From: Cycas panzhihuaensis
Taxonomy: Eukaryota > Plantae > Cycadophyta
Direction of reading: 5' to 3'
Assembly: GCA_023213395.1 (NCBI GenBank)
Contig: CM041465.1
Coordinates: forward strand, 210,249,741 to 210,313,740
Length of the DNA: 64,000 nucleotides
Under the pieces are notes generated by a model. It was given only the letters and a program-made list of their open reading frames with translations. It was not told the origin of the DNA and ran no database searches. Numbering within the stretch: position 1 is the first letter of the stretch; each line of letters begins with the position of its first letter. Position numbers and translations under genes: made by a program. This document shows positions 1-14,111 of this stretch, piece by piece.

Positions 1-708
1 GGCCAAGCGTCATTGTCATCACATAGTTCCCAGGATCGCTTTTGTATAGGACAAGATGCAACATGCACCTGATCTCATAAAAAAGCATTCACAGGTTCAA
101 ATTACTCATCAATGATCTCCAATGGAAGACACAGGATTGGACCCAATTTTTATGACATACAAGACTTTGTAGCTGGCAAATTGAAGAACTATCAAAGCAG
201 GGCCAAGCAACTCCACATGCGACTACCTACACTTCGAGGGTAAAGTATTTCAAGGGGAGGGAAATTCTAGCATTCCTAATTATGTGAAGTCAATTTTTAG
301 GAGAATAGAGGAGGAATTATTAATGTGAAGACTATATTTTTAGGAGAGTTAATAAGAAGTCTGATTTTTTAGAGAGAGAAAACTAGGGCTATAAATAGAG
401 AAGCATTATTCATTTTTAATGAATCTTGAAGAATTTATTATCTGATTTGGAATAGTGGCCTAGGACCATTAAGGTGTCGCTGTGCCATTTGGAAGTAAAC
501 CCTTGCCTTGAAGAGGGTAATCTACTATGGAAGAATTATCTGATATTTATTTATTTTACTGTTGCAAATATGATATTATTTTGTTGAAAGCTATTATCCA
601 TTATTACCCTAAGTTTATTGTGGAAATTTGATGTTGAGATGTTATTATTTGGTAGATTTATGTTGTAACTATTGTATTTTCTATTAATTTTCTATGGTTA
701 TCACCACA
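1..708 (+). mobile_element. 3' end of non-autonomous Gypsy-type element (family E): internal tail, PPT, 3' LTR 266-708
   Basis: Tail is homologous to 47530-47800. PPT aaggggagggaa; LTR t(c)tagcattcctaa...caccaca with TATA ctataaatag. Confidence 0.8.
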
Positions 709-719
709 ACAACAAATGC

Positions 720-3198
720 ATCAGGATGTAGCATCCAGAAAGATATGGATTATTGTGCTACAACAACAACTCAAGAAAAGGGATGGGGGACAGTAACCCC
801 ATGAAAAAAAAAAAAGATAAATTTTGGTATTTTGGATACTGTTTGAGGGATTTGAACAAGGATGCTCAACAATTTTGAAACCCCAGATAGATGTATGCAC
901 TGATGTTAAGAATGACCTAAGGAATAACTCAAATAGCCAAAACAACTGCATAAATGACCAAAATAATTGTGGAAATGGCTAGAATGGTTCCAACAAATGA
1001 GGCAACAAAAATTAGTGAACAAACAATGAAAATCTGGCTAAAAAATAGTTGGAACACTTGCAGGAATGATTGAAACAGTTGCAAGTTCATAGAACAACTC
1101 TTAGGGAACAATTACTACATTACGACGGAATGGGAATGCCTAGAAGAGAATGGGGATAGTTTGTTAGGAATGGGAATGATCAATATGAAATGATTGCCCA
1201 AAAATTGTACAACTGCAATTGAGATAGTACAATCATCTATATAGACATGCAAATGTATAGACGTGCACAATCAACACTGTCATTAGTCATAATTAATGCT
1301 TTATTATGAAAAGTCAATGGGCATGTATCAATGGTTGTACTTTTGGACAAATAGGTCAAATATTTGGGTATAAATAGGTCATTCTCATCTAGTTTTTGGT
1401 GTGAGAGTTGATTCAATCATATGCCATCCTCTCTAGTGGGGAAACTAGCATATTCAAGCATACACAAAGGTGAATCATCTTATGGCATTGTACTAGTCAT
1501 TGTTTAATGGAACTATGAGTTACGAGGAACATATATGCAATGTGCTATGAATATGTGTATGCTTATGTGACTATTTCCTATTCCAACATTGTGTATGCGA
1601 ACTAATGTGTAACAAGACACCAAGACAAATGTGTGGGATATGGAGTCGTGACAATGTCAACATCAATTGAAGAAGTCACGCAATAGTGGAGCAATCAGGC
1701 AACCTTGGAACAGCTGATATGCCAATCTTCTATCAACACTTTACACATAATTTCCAACATACTGGGTGCATGGCCAACTGCTACAACTATTTGAGCAATG
1801 CTCTCCTTCTCCAAATATAGTGCTCTCCTTCTCCAAATATAGTGCTCTCCTTTATCCTCTCCTTTATCTACCATCCAAATGTAGTGCTCTTCGTCATAGA
1901 TTTCCCGTAAGATTGGAGTTATGGTTACTCTTCTCCATTTTTTGATTTTTATGGATTGCAAACTTTTGTGTCAAGCCTTCTTGATATGGAGTAGTGCATT
2001 ATCACAACTTCTATTGTTCAGCCCATTTCAATATGTTCAAGCACCTTGCAATATGCTATAATCCACCCAGCATGTCTTGTCTTAAGACCCAAGTTTCTCT
2101 TGGTCACAATAGAACTCGACTTTACCACCAATAATCAATTTTGGTAGTTGTTTCCTATTCACATTTTTTTAGTTTGACAATCCCATTTCTACAAATGTTA
2201 TTGATGATATGCAGTTTTCCACTTCACCTATAACTTTTTGAACCAACTTATTATTTTTCCTAAAATAAATGTCCTCCCATCATTTCATTCCAGACTTGTA
2301 GGTTTGTTTTTGTTGCCTTCCAATATTTCATGATTTATCGATTTGTTATTGTAACCTATAGGATTGTGGTTGATAATGCATACTTTGTTCCTGCGACAAT
2401 TTCCACCATCCTTAGGGTGACTTCCATCAAGGATGCCCTTACCATCAAAATATTCATCTTCATATTAGTTCTCTTTCCCATTGGTTAGGCTAGTGATATC
2501 TGTATTAACGGTTCCCGCATCCGTATGCATGAAATATAGCACTTTTGGGCACTTGGAATGGTTAGGGATGGCTCTAGGACAACTCTAACAATGAATTGAC
2601 AAAAGTGAGTATCAGAAATAGTGAAAATATAGCCTAGAATGGTTGAAACGACTATAGGATCAACTAGAATAATTGGAAGTCATAAATCGAGCTCTTCGAG
2701 AACAATTCTCAATGTATCGTAGGATGAGAATGATTAGAAGGGAATGGGAACAGACCTCAAGGAACTAAACGGTTAGAAGGAATGGTTCCTTGCCAACAAA
2801 TGGGCTACAATGAAAAGTAGGCGTACAACCATACGAACATGCAAAAACGACATGCGTGTTAACAAAATGTAATTGTATTTTGTTATGAAAGGTCAAAAGT
2901 CACTTGAATGGTTTTGACTTTAGGTCAAAATGTTGTAAAATAGGGCATTCTCACTACATTTCAATGTTATGGGAAACATTCTCAAGGCATTGTAATTGGT
3001 TATGGATTAATGGAGTATTGAGTTACGAGGAATACTTGTGTATATTCTATGTGTATTCTTGTATGAAGTGTTTTCATATGTTGCACTCATGCATATGAAG
3101 TGCTAACATGTAGCATCAAGTCGACAAGGTGTGCATAGCTTAAGGCACAAGGTGACCTACATCAAGGTGTTAAGGACACATGACTAGTCAATAAATAG
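720..3198 (-). mobile_element. Highly degenerate LTR-retrotransposon remnant (two diverged LTR-like blocks ~1000-1650 and ~2580-3150)
   Basis: The two blocks share motifs (ggaatgggaa, gagttacgaggaa, taggtcaaa). Minus strand ~2120-2280 reads ...HIINNICRNGIVKLKNVNRKQLPKLIIGGKVEFY, which resembles the Gypsy integrase C-terminal GPY/F region. Confidence 0.45.
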
Positions 3199-5104
3199 TA
3201 TTAGATTTCAACATGGAAAGCATTCAACACCAAAGACAATCAACATAATCAATGAACAAAGCACAACTTGTATTAATCTAACATAAGCAAGATTAAATCA
3301 GAACACTCATTCACCATAGACTCAACATGAGTCTCAATGATGACTTGATTGCATACTCTATCTCAACCACCTTTATATAGAACATAAGTGGGAGAACATA
3401 CAAGAGATGGGACACATGTGGGACAATTACCTTTAACTTAACCAATGACACTTTACCAACTAATTAACTAATGACCTTCTAACTTTCCACACAATATTAT
3501 TATAAGGTATGACCCCTAGACCTTAATACTTAAGACTATGACTATTGACTCTAAGACACACTTTACTTAGACACATATACATTAAACATTATATTCTAAC
3601 ACCTCCCCTTAATGTTTGATGTCATGACCATAAGTATACTGACTACCAAAGACATTATGACACCTACTTCTAAGAACTGACTGACATAAGATTTGACTTG
3701 AAGAGTTGTTTGAATTTTCAATGCCCGAGTCTTGGAACTTTTCTGAAGATAATGTCATAAGTTTTGTCTTCAACCGAAATGCTGCAAAATCTGTATGTTG
3801 TGTCTGTTATGTTGCCTCCTGTTTCCTGTTTGATGTTTCTTCCTGTGTATTCCAGGTGTAGGTGTGGTCTTCCTGGATCAAATATGATTACATGTGATTT
3901 CAACTCCATGAAGAGAGTAGACTCCTTCTTGTTTTTCTCCAAGTCTGCTAGGATGATTAGCTTCTCGAGCCAATGATCACTTCCTTGAAAGGAAAGGAGC
4001 AACAATGATCCATTTCCTAACTTCACCTATTCAGATACATGTCTAGAACTAACAAGATGCTTTGTTCTCTCCATATTATCCAAAAAATTCTTTGTACCAA
4101 ATATGATGAGGATTTCCATAATGACTATATGCACATATTTTCTGATTATGGCTACACAAAGATCGAACATCACTTTGACATGATTTAATCTCATGGTTAA
4201 GTAGCCTACTCAAAACACACAGTGATCTTGATGAACAAGATTTTGATCAAATGAAATTCCAATTATGTTTTTTCTTCTTTTGAATGAATCTTCTAAGGTC
4301 ATTGCAGGGTATGCCAACATTATTTGGATTCTTTCGAAAATAAGAACTGAAAATGTCACCGAATTGAATGTGATCATAGAGAGTCTCATGTATGTGCAAA
4401 TAATTGTATGTCCTGACATCATTTGAACCCTAGCAACATATATGTCAACATAAATTAAGGTAATATTGCCCACATTTTCTGTTAAGGCACTTGTGTCTCC
4501 ATGAAGTATCACTTGTAAAGGTTGGCGTTCAGATTCTTCAACCTCCACTCTTCCAACAATTCACAATGTAGGCTTTCCTGTCAACTTGGCGAGGCTCAAG
4601 ACATTTGATGAATTCAAATCTTCATCAGATTTCATGTGAAGATCATCAGAATCTTTTTCAAAGATAGGTTCATGCAACTTTTCATTCGCTTTATCAATAT
4701 CAATTGAGTCAATATGTGGACTGATCTTACCGAAATCAAACTGATTTTTCGCTTTCCTCTTCAGCTTCTTCTTTTGGTTCTTTGTATTCCTAATAATTTT
4801 TTGCACTTCTTCGGGACCTTTTTCATACACTTCCCTCAATAAGTTCCACACATCTTTAGCTGAGTCAGTGTTCTGAAGTGTAAGGATAAGAAAATGGTAT
4901 GAAGGAAGGAGGTTATCTTTATCTAAAGCTGCAAGCATCACATCAATAGCTACTCTGTTCTTTCTCCTAAAACTTTCCTCCTATTCTTCATTAATCTCTA
5001 AAGTTCCATCAAGAACAATTTTCTATAACCCTTTAGCTCTAAATATACATTCCATTTAAATTGCCCAAACATGGAAATTTGTTCCCACATATTTAGGTAA
5101 AGGA
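3199..5104 (-). mobile_element. Non-autonomous Copia-derived gag element A (3' LTR 3199-3601, 5'-truncated by element B)
   Basis: PPT aaggggagg abuts the LTR tgttagaatataatg. Copia gag N-terminus (AALDKDNLLPSYHFLILTLQNTDSAKDVWNLL). ORFs 4941-4561, 4548-4210 and 4026-3718 share one frame. Confidence 0.8.
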
Positions 5105-6990
5105 TGTTAGATTTTAACATGGAAAGCATCCAACTCCAGATACACCACAAGATCGATAACCAAAGCATAACCTGCATTAACATAAGCATAACTCTAATAC
5201 ATCAAAGACTCAACATGAGTCTCCATGATGACTTGCTTCATATACTACCTCAACCACTTTTATATACAAAAGAGGTGGGAAGACATACAAGACAAGTAAT
5301 GCATGTGGGACAAATACCTTTGTCCTGACCAATGACAATACAACAACTAACTTGACCAATAAGCTTCTATCTTTTCACACAATATTATAATCACTCTTGG
5401 ACTCTAAGACTTAGGACTATGACTATTAACCTTTAACACATACTTTACTTAACCATACACAACATTAAACATTATACTCTAACACCTCCCCTTAATGTTT
5501 AGTGTCAAGACTACAAAAAGTGACTGAGTACTAAAGACTAACATAACACTTTGACAATGGACTTAGGATATTAAACATGACCTCTAATGTACTCTAATTT
5601 GATCGACATGTACTTTGTCTTCTTTGAATTTGCAGCGTATTGATCTTGGAATGGTCTTGAACACAATGTCTTTGCCTTGATCCTTGTCTCATTCTTACAG
5701 TGTCGTCTTTGAGGTAGTCCTTTAGACTGATGGTCTTTGAGCTTTGCCTCCTTCATCTTCATATACAATTGGGAAACCTTTGTCATGCAAAATGAGTTGT
5801 GAATCATGGTCAGTTCAATTTGAGCTTGGTATAGACTTGTCAGTTGATCCTGCATGTACTCATCAAAAGCATCTTCAAGGTGTACATCAAGTATGTCTTC
5901 AACTAATTCATTGCAAAATTTGTATGTCTTGTCTGCTCCTGTTTCCTATCTGATGAATCTTGTGTGTCCCTGGTGAAGATGTGGTCTTCCTCCTTGAAAG
6001 GAAAGGAGCGACACTGATCCCTTTCTTAACTTTATTTGTTCAAATATGTGTGTAGGACTAAAAAAATTCTCTGTACCATGTATGATGAGGACTTTCAAAA
6101 TAATTGCATGCACCCATTTCCTGATTAAGGCTATACAAAAATGGAACATTATTTTGACATGATTGAACTTCATGATCAAGTAGCCTAGCCTACCCAAAAC
6201 ATACTATGGTCTTGACAAATAAGATTTTGATCATATAGTATCCTGCTTATGTCCCTATTTTCTTTAAAACAACTTACTAGTGTTGTTGTAGGATATGCTG
6301 TCACAATTTTGATTCTTTCAAAGATGAGAATAGAGGATGTAACTGAATTGAGAGGGATCAATGATAGTCTCTAATACATGCATATCACTGTATGTCTTGA
6401 CATTATTTGAATTCTGGCTACCAACCTATCAACATAAACTAGGACAATGTTGCCCATACCTTCTGTCAATATGCATGTGTCTCCGTGAACAATTACCTGT
6501 AAATATTGTGGTTCAGGTTCTTCAACTCCCACTCTTTCAGTAATTCTAGGTATAAAGTTTCCTGTCATCTTGGCAAGGCTCAGGTCATTTGGTGCACTCA
6601 AATCTTCATCAGATTTTAGGCAAGGATTATTAGCCTACTGTTCATTTATTTTAATATCTATGAGAGAAATTTTCTTACTAGAATCAAGTTGATTTTTGGC
6701 TTTCCTTTTCATCTTTCTCCTTTGGTTCTTTGCCCTTTTGATACTCCTTTGCACTTCTTCAGGACCTTTTTCATGTACTTCTATCAGCAGTTTCCAGGCG
6801 TCTTCAGTTGAGTCGGTGTTTTGAAGAGATTGGACAAGGAAGTGATACGAAGAAGGAAGATGATCCTTATCAAAAGCTGCAAGTATTACGTCAATGGCTA
6901 CTCTATTTTTCTTTCTGAAAGTTTCCTCCCCTTCTTCGTGAGCCATTTCAGTACCAATAATTGTCTTCCAAAGTTTCTTTAGCATGAATA
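5105..6990 (-). mobile_element. Non-autonomous Copia-derived gag element B, same family as A (3' LTR 5105-5484), 5'-truncated
   Basis: LTR is homologous to 3199-3601 and 56633-56998; PPT present. Gag ORF 6985-6635 is similar to 59297-59550. Confidence 0.8.
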
Positions 6991-8571
6991 AAGGATAAAG
7001 GATTTGTTACAACAGATTTTGAGCCAAATTTGTATATCAAGAAAACTGCTTTATCTATTGTGGTGATTATTTTGTATGTCGATGATTTGATCATTATAGG
7101 GAGTTATCATGAGGAGATTATGGTGATGAAAGCACACTTGCAGGAGAACTTTGATATGATAGACATAGGGCTCATTCATTACTTTTGGGGCATCAACTAA
7201 AAGATAAGATATTGGTGTCACAGAGGAAGTATGTTGAATCATTGCTTAAGAAGTTTAGGATGAAGGATTGCAAATATGCGAGAACACCAGTTGTCAAAAG
7301 CACAAAACTTTTGAAGGATGTGCAAAAGCCTGTAGTTGATGGAACGCTATATAGAAGTGCTATAGGGAGTCTGATTTATTTGACTCATACCAGGCCTGAC
7401 ATTTCTTATGCTGTTGGATTAGTTTCTTGATATATGTAGAATCCTCAAGAGCCACATTGGATTACAATCAAAAGGATTATGAAATATTTGAAAGGTTCTT
7501 TGAATCTTGGTTTGGAGTATCTAAGAGATGGCAATCTACAATTGCAAGGATACACTGATGCTGATTGGGGTGGTGACTCCGATGACAGAAAATCTACTGT
7601 AGGATATATGTTTGGTATTGGTGGTGGACCAATGTCATGGCAATCAAAGAAACAACAAATTGTTGCATTATCGTCTACTGAGGCGGAGTACAAGTGACTC
7701 TGAGTGGGTGCTCGTGAAGCAGTTTGGTTGAAAGGAATATTGGAAGTTTTTGACATTCGAAGCAACACAGCAACTATCTTTGTGGAAAATCAAAGTACTA
7801 TTCGACTATTGAAGAATCTTGAGTTTCATGCTAGAACCAAACATATTAAGATACAACACCATGATATTAGGGGGATGGTCAAAGTAGGAAAGCTAATTAT
7901 GGAATATTATCCGAGTGAAGAACAACTGGCAAATATTTTCACAAAGCCACTTACTGAAGATCATTTAGTAGGATTTCGTTCAAATTGGGACTACGTGAGG
8001 TTTCCCTTGAGGCGGGATAAATCTGCAAGGTCAACACTCTCTCGCCTTGAAGGTTATCTATGACACAATAGTTTTCTGCAGCTGTATGTTGAGTCCTTGG
8101 CCCACATTTATATTAAGGGGGGATGTTAGCGACCATGGTTAAGATTAATGCATGGCAAAGGTAATGCTTCATGTGGTAGTAAGCAGTGGAAACTAGGTAT
8201 GAGATACAAAGAGTCACAAGTATCGAGATTTGAAGGGACATGGAGGATCGAGATACAAAGGGGCACAAGTATCAAAGTTTGACGGGGCACAACCATTCGA
8301 AAGAGTCTCGAACCTTTTGGAAGAGTCATAACTCTTCATGTTTATACCCTTTGGATCATTTATAATGGATCTGAGATAGGATAGAGTAGAAGTGAGAAGG
8401 AAACAATGTAATCGTTGGTGCATCTAATCAATCATCAACTATTACTTCGTGTGTGGGTTTTTCTCCCAAAAGGGTTTCCCACGTTAAAACCTGTGTATTC
8501 TATGCTCATTCTTCTATTTGATTTCCATGTATGCTGTGCAAAATTGGCAAAGATCTAGCAAGAATTCTACA
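6991..8571 (+). mobile_element. Copia fragment: degenerate RT-RNase H, PPT, LTR 8124-8571
   Basis: Motifs LYVDDL, SQRKYV, HTRPDISYAVG, YTDADWGGD, ALSSTEAEY, HARTKHI. PPT aaggggggga; LTR tgttag...tctaca. Confidence 0.9.
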
Positions 8572-10533
8572 TGGCATTAGGGCAATCCTGAGCATGTCTT
8601 AATTCTCACACCTACAAGGGGAGGATGGCACCAAAATGCATGCAAAAGTTCATCCCAAAAGTATTTGACAAGGTGAGTTGAATCTCTCATTAGTTTTTGT
8701 GAATGCAAATGTAGTTTCCAATGCATTGAGGGATGTCTATTCCTGTACGTTGATAATGCACTTTATGGCTCGCACCCCAATGAAGGTGGTCGTTAGGCAA
8801 TGACTAAATCTACCATTGAAATCTTCCAATTGAAGATTATTTCTATTAGAATTATTATGAAATGTTTCTTTTCTTTCATCTTCAAGTCACTTAAAGCCTT
8901 TGAACAAGTTTTGTGTTAAGGACCATGGATGTGTAGGAGGAATTTGGTGGTTTTTAACCGATGGGATCTAGATTTCTCAATTGATTGAAACATTGCATTC
9001 AAATATTAGGCGTGGGTTGAACTTTTAGCCATTCATAAAGGAGCTAATCCAACCACTAGGTGATTTTGTCTCACTAGAGCCACACCAAGAATTTTCCCCA
9101 AGCATGAACATAAGGACCTATGTGATAGTTGATCTGACCAAAGATTTGCCAGAGTATATTCAAATGTAGTGTGGGGAAGCTATCTTCAAGCAAAGGGTTC
9201 TATACTTGAACAACCGCAATGCCTACTTTAGGCGTTAGTCTCTTGAGTCAAGGAGTGCCCTTTAAACAAACTTGTTGGGTTTAAGAGTCCTTCTAAAGGT
9301 GAAATTCCAAGTCCTGTTGTTGAAAGTTCCAATGGTTGGATTGAAGTCCACAACAAAAAGGTCATGAATAAAAATCCCAAGCTAAACAACAAGCTGCTTT
9401 GAAGCCCCAAATCTAGAGTAGGCTGGATGGTAAAACGAAAGAGCAAGCAACTAATGCTACTAAGAGATGCAAGGACAAAGTGGTTAAGCAGACTTTTGTT
9501 GATTTACCACCTATCACTAATGTGCCAAGTTCTCCCTTAACCTCCGAAAAATGCTAAAGGCTAGGGGTAAGGGTAGGGTAGATGAAGAGAAAGGGGAACT
9601 ATCCATTAAAGCCCTTTTTGACCCTGAGATTAAGTGACCCAAATCCTTCAATTGTTTGCTAGATACTAATATGGCTGCACATTTGATTGCCATCCGAATG
9701 AGGAGGGTGGTAGTTTGGAGATTGACGAAGTTAATGATGAACGTCATTAGTTGGAAAGTTAGGGGACTTTCTGGCCGATTCAAAAGAATGATAGTCAACA
9801 GATTTTGTAATAATTTTCTAGGGCTAGATGTACTGTGTCTTTAGGAAGTCAAATACTACAGTGATAATCTAAAATTCGTAGCTTTTTACATTTTGAGTGA
9901 CTCCATGTCTTTTAGCACAGGCTGCAACGTAGGGCAAGATGGCATTATAACTTTGCTAAAGTCCCAATGGAGTAAGAACTCGTTCACACATGGCTCAAAA
10001 GCCCCACTAATAGGTGCATGTGGCTTCTTATTAGTCTTGAGAATGTGCTTTTATGGATCCCTAACATATATGCTCCCAATATGCCCAAGGAGAGAGCTTC
10101 ATTATGGCATTGGTTCAAGCCCAACTTAGTAGATATCTCATGGGTGGTTTTTGGTGATTTCAATATGATGGAGGTGCCCTTTGATAAGTTAGGGGGTAGA
10201 TCTTTTAAATGGCATCACGAATAACGATATGATCGATTGACCTTGAAGAATAAGCTTGGTTTGTATGATCCTGACACTTTTAGAAAGGGAGAAGGACATG
10301 ACCCCTGGTATATGTGGTCAAACTTCAAACTTGAAAGAGAGAATTTTGAAGAGGCTTAATAGAGTTATGTTTTCAACTAACAATCATGTTTGGATTCTAT
10401 AAGAACATAATAGACTAGTTAGAGTCCTTAATGATTCACTGTTGTCTAATCATCATCCCATCACTTTCACTAGCACTCAGGGGAAGGATAAGATAACACC
10501 GTATCATTTAGTTTTCAAATTGAACACATCATA

Positions 10534-13500
10534 TATTATGTTCCTAAATTTTGAAGAAGTTGGTGAAGTGGGTTTATAGGAAAATAAGGAAGAATTATTT
10601 AATATATATTCATTATGAAGTCGGTATTTTTAAGAGAGAGAGTCATTACATCGCTAAATTAGATGAAGTTGGTGTTTTGAGGAGAGAGATTTAGAAGTTG
10701 GGTTTAGAGAGAGAAAAAATAAGGCTATAAATAGAGGATCCTCATTCATTTGTAAAACATCTTTGGAGAATTTGATATTTTGGATTTGGGCTAATGGCCT
10801 AAAACCATTAGGACACTTTGTGCCATTTTGAGAGGAAAGCCTCGCTTTGGAGAGGGCAAGGTACTACTATTATTTTATCTGATATATACTATTTATTGTA
10901 GCAAATTAGATATTAATCTAATATTATTATGTGCTTTGCTATCACACCTAAAGTACTATGGATATCTATTGTTATTTACAATGAGATATTGTTTCTATAA
11001 ATTATCTATGGTGTGAATGCTATATTTTCTACTTATAAGTAGTGGGCATTGCCACAATTGGTATCAAGGCTTTGTTTTTGGAAGTATAAATAGAAGAATT
11101 TCAAAAAAATAGTTGCAAATTTGAGTTGACTAGGCCTGTTTTGCAAATTTTGAGTAGTTATACCACAAGTTTTGGAGCAAAGTTGCAAAAATTATAGGGA
11201 ATTTAATTTTGGCTTATTGTTTGTCGCAAGCAGCTATAACTTTCACTACAAGTGTCCGAATGACCTTAATTTTTTTCCAAATCTGTGCATTTTGATGCCT
11301 ACTTTCTATGGGAAGTGATTTCAAATCCATTGGATATTAAAGTAAAAAGTTAACAACATTCTAGTAGCAGGTAATGCTACAGTTCTCAAAAACCCTAATT
11401 ATGACCCACATTAAAAGGGCCATAACAATTACTACAGATATTCAAATAACCTCTTTTTTCCATTTTTAATTTGGTGTGGCTTGAACCACAGATTACTAAA
11501 AAAATAAATTTTCAATTTGGAGGTCTAGTTCAAAAGTTATTGCTATTTTAGTGGAAGGTATTGTTGCTTCCCTAAAATTTAAAATTTTTATCCAACTTGC
11601 ATGGACCACTATAGGAGCTATAAAGCTCCAAATCACCTCAAATTAGGCCCATTGGAGATGTTTTGAAGTCCTTTCCACTCAAGGAAAGGAATCACTCAAT
11701 TTGAGTTAGTGGAGAAAAAGTTGTATCATTTTTGTTTTGTTTTCAAAAGGGGGTACCTGGATGTTTTTCTCAATAACTCTTGCTGCAGGTACCGTATTCT
11801 AGATTTGTCTAATCTATAGGAATCCTGACTCAGAGATGATCGATTTAAGTGTTCATATGGTATAGTTTTGACTGATGCATGGTATAGATTTAAATCCTTG
11901 AAGTTGCAACTCCTGTTAACAAAAAAAAAAGCGGGGGGTGGAGGGGAACTTAGAAAGATTATTACAAAGGTTCTGCTTAATGGAAAAACTTCAAAAATTC
12001 TCCTTCAAAGGAAGCATGATGGCCACATAATGGCTTCAACATGCCGAATCGTATCACGAATTCTCCCCAAATATAGAATTTGATATTTATAGACCTCATA
12101 TTCTATGATTCTTGACGGGAGATGCTTTTGATTGGTTTATTGATTAGTCTAGCCATAATAGAGCAATAACACCCCCTCATTGGTTTTAGTTTCAAGCTTT
12201 GTTCCAACTGGTTGCTAACTGATGTGAGCAAGGGCATGAGAAAATTGAAGAGGTCAAAGAAGCAAAGAAAGAAGACGAACACATGGAAGAAGAGAAAAAG
12301 CAAACCATTAATGAGGAGAGATCCAAGAATCCCTGCAAGAACATGGAGAGGAACCAGTTTAGAGGGAACAACACAGTAGCACTGAAAACACAAAGTAGGT
12401 GCAAATGGCAATTGATCATTTAATAGAAGAATCTAATAGGATGCTAATTGAATAGAGTAAGAGATTGAGGGTGAACTTACATAAGATGTGGATGGAGCTA
12501 GACAACCAAGTGAATCCCACAAGGTACTCGGCATGGTTCTTAATCTTGTTGGGTACATGCACATTTCATTTGGTAGTTTCATCTATCCTCTTTCAGTTTC
12601 ATGCTCAATACTTCCAAAAAAACCCTCTTTCCCGTATCCCATAATTGTCCAAACTCCTAAATCCGTTAACTCCAAGTTCTTCGTAGGACAAATGCCAATC
12701 TCCATTTATAACCTTGGTCCAAATCCCTACTTACACGTTCTTTCATCCTCTAGAGACTCTCCTTAATAAGATAGTCTAAACTTTCCATTCTCATTTCATC
12801 AAGTTTCATCTCCTACTACAATGATTACCTCTTACAAAAACGCGTCTCATCTGTCTTGACCTCCCACAATTCTATACCATCAACATTTTTCCATTAAATT
12901 CTTCATATAATTCTACCCCCATTTGTAAACACCCACTAAAATTTGTATCCCATAAAGAGCATCTATCACTAATCCCACATCTATCTCTATCCATAGAAAA
13001 TTTGAGTGGTCCAACCAACACCTTACTAGTCCCAATCTCTACTTGAATCAATTTTCAAGCCTCATATACTTCCTATAGTATATCTTTTTCATCCTGATTT
13101 TCTACGCTTTCAAATCTATGGTTGATCATCCCTTAGAACCCCACTTCTCCAATTCTCTCTCACACCATGCAATCATTAATCCATGATTCTCATGGGCAAT
13201 TTTTTTCTAGACTCCCAAAACTACATCATAACCTTCTGCACAAAAATTTTCAATATTCTCATCATCTCTCATTCTATGAGCCATGTCATTTGGGTAAAAA
13301 ATATGCAGACACAAAATGAGATCAAGGCCAAATATTAGAGGCACCACACAGGTCCCAACATCGCTTCAATACAAGACAAGATACAACATGCACCTAGTCC
13401 CAAGAATAAGCATCTGCAAATTCAAGTAACTCATCAACAATTTCCAACAGAAGTCACACGATTGGACTGAATTTTTAAGACATACAGGATTTAGCAGGCA

Positions 13501-14111
13501 GTGACTAGAACCACTGGACAAAGTTGGATTGAACAAGCTCTACACACAATTGCCTATACTTTGAGGGCTCAATATTTTGAGTAAGCAAGAGTTATTATGT
13601 TCCTAAATTTTGAAGAAGTTGGTGAAGTCAATTTTTAGGAAGATAAAGGAAGAATTATTTAATATATATTTATTATGAAATCAAATTTTTTGGGAGAGAG
13701 AGTCATTGCATCCCTAAATGAAATAAAGCATTTTCAGGGAGAGGGAATAGAAATTGGGTTTAGAGAAAGAAAATAACGCAATAAATAGAAGAGCTTCATT
13801 CATTTGTAAATCATCTTTGGAGAATTTAATATTTTGGATTTGAACTAATGGCCTAGAGTCATTAGGGCATTGTTGTGTCATTTTGGTAGAAAACCCTGGC
13901 CTCGAAGAGGGCAAGATATTGTTGTTATTTTATTTGATATATACTTTTTACTATAGCAAGTTCGATATTAATCTAATATTATTATGTGATTTGCTATTGT
14001 ATTTGAATCACTGTGGATATTTGTTGTTATTTATGATGAGATGCTACTTTTATAAATTATCTATGGTGTGAATGCTATACTTTCTATCTATAAGCAGTGG
14101 GCATCACCACA
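10534..14111 (+). mobile_element. Complete non-autonomous family-E LTR element (LTRs 10534-11056 and 13593-14111) inserted in the LINE
   Basis: Paired LTRs; PBS tggtatcaaggc at 11059; TSD tcata/tcaca. Short gag-like relic ~11980-12450; no pol. Confidence 0.9.

Noticed and set aside
5100-7002. aagga as the TSD of element B
   Set aside because: The right-hand aagga is part of Copia RT coding (KDKGF) and B has no 5' LTR; this is a deletion junction.
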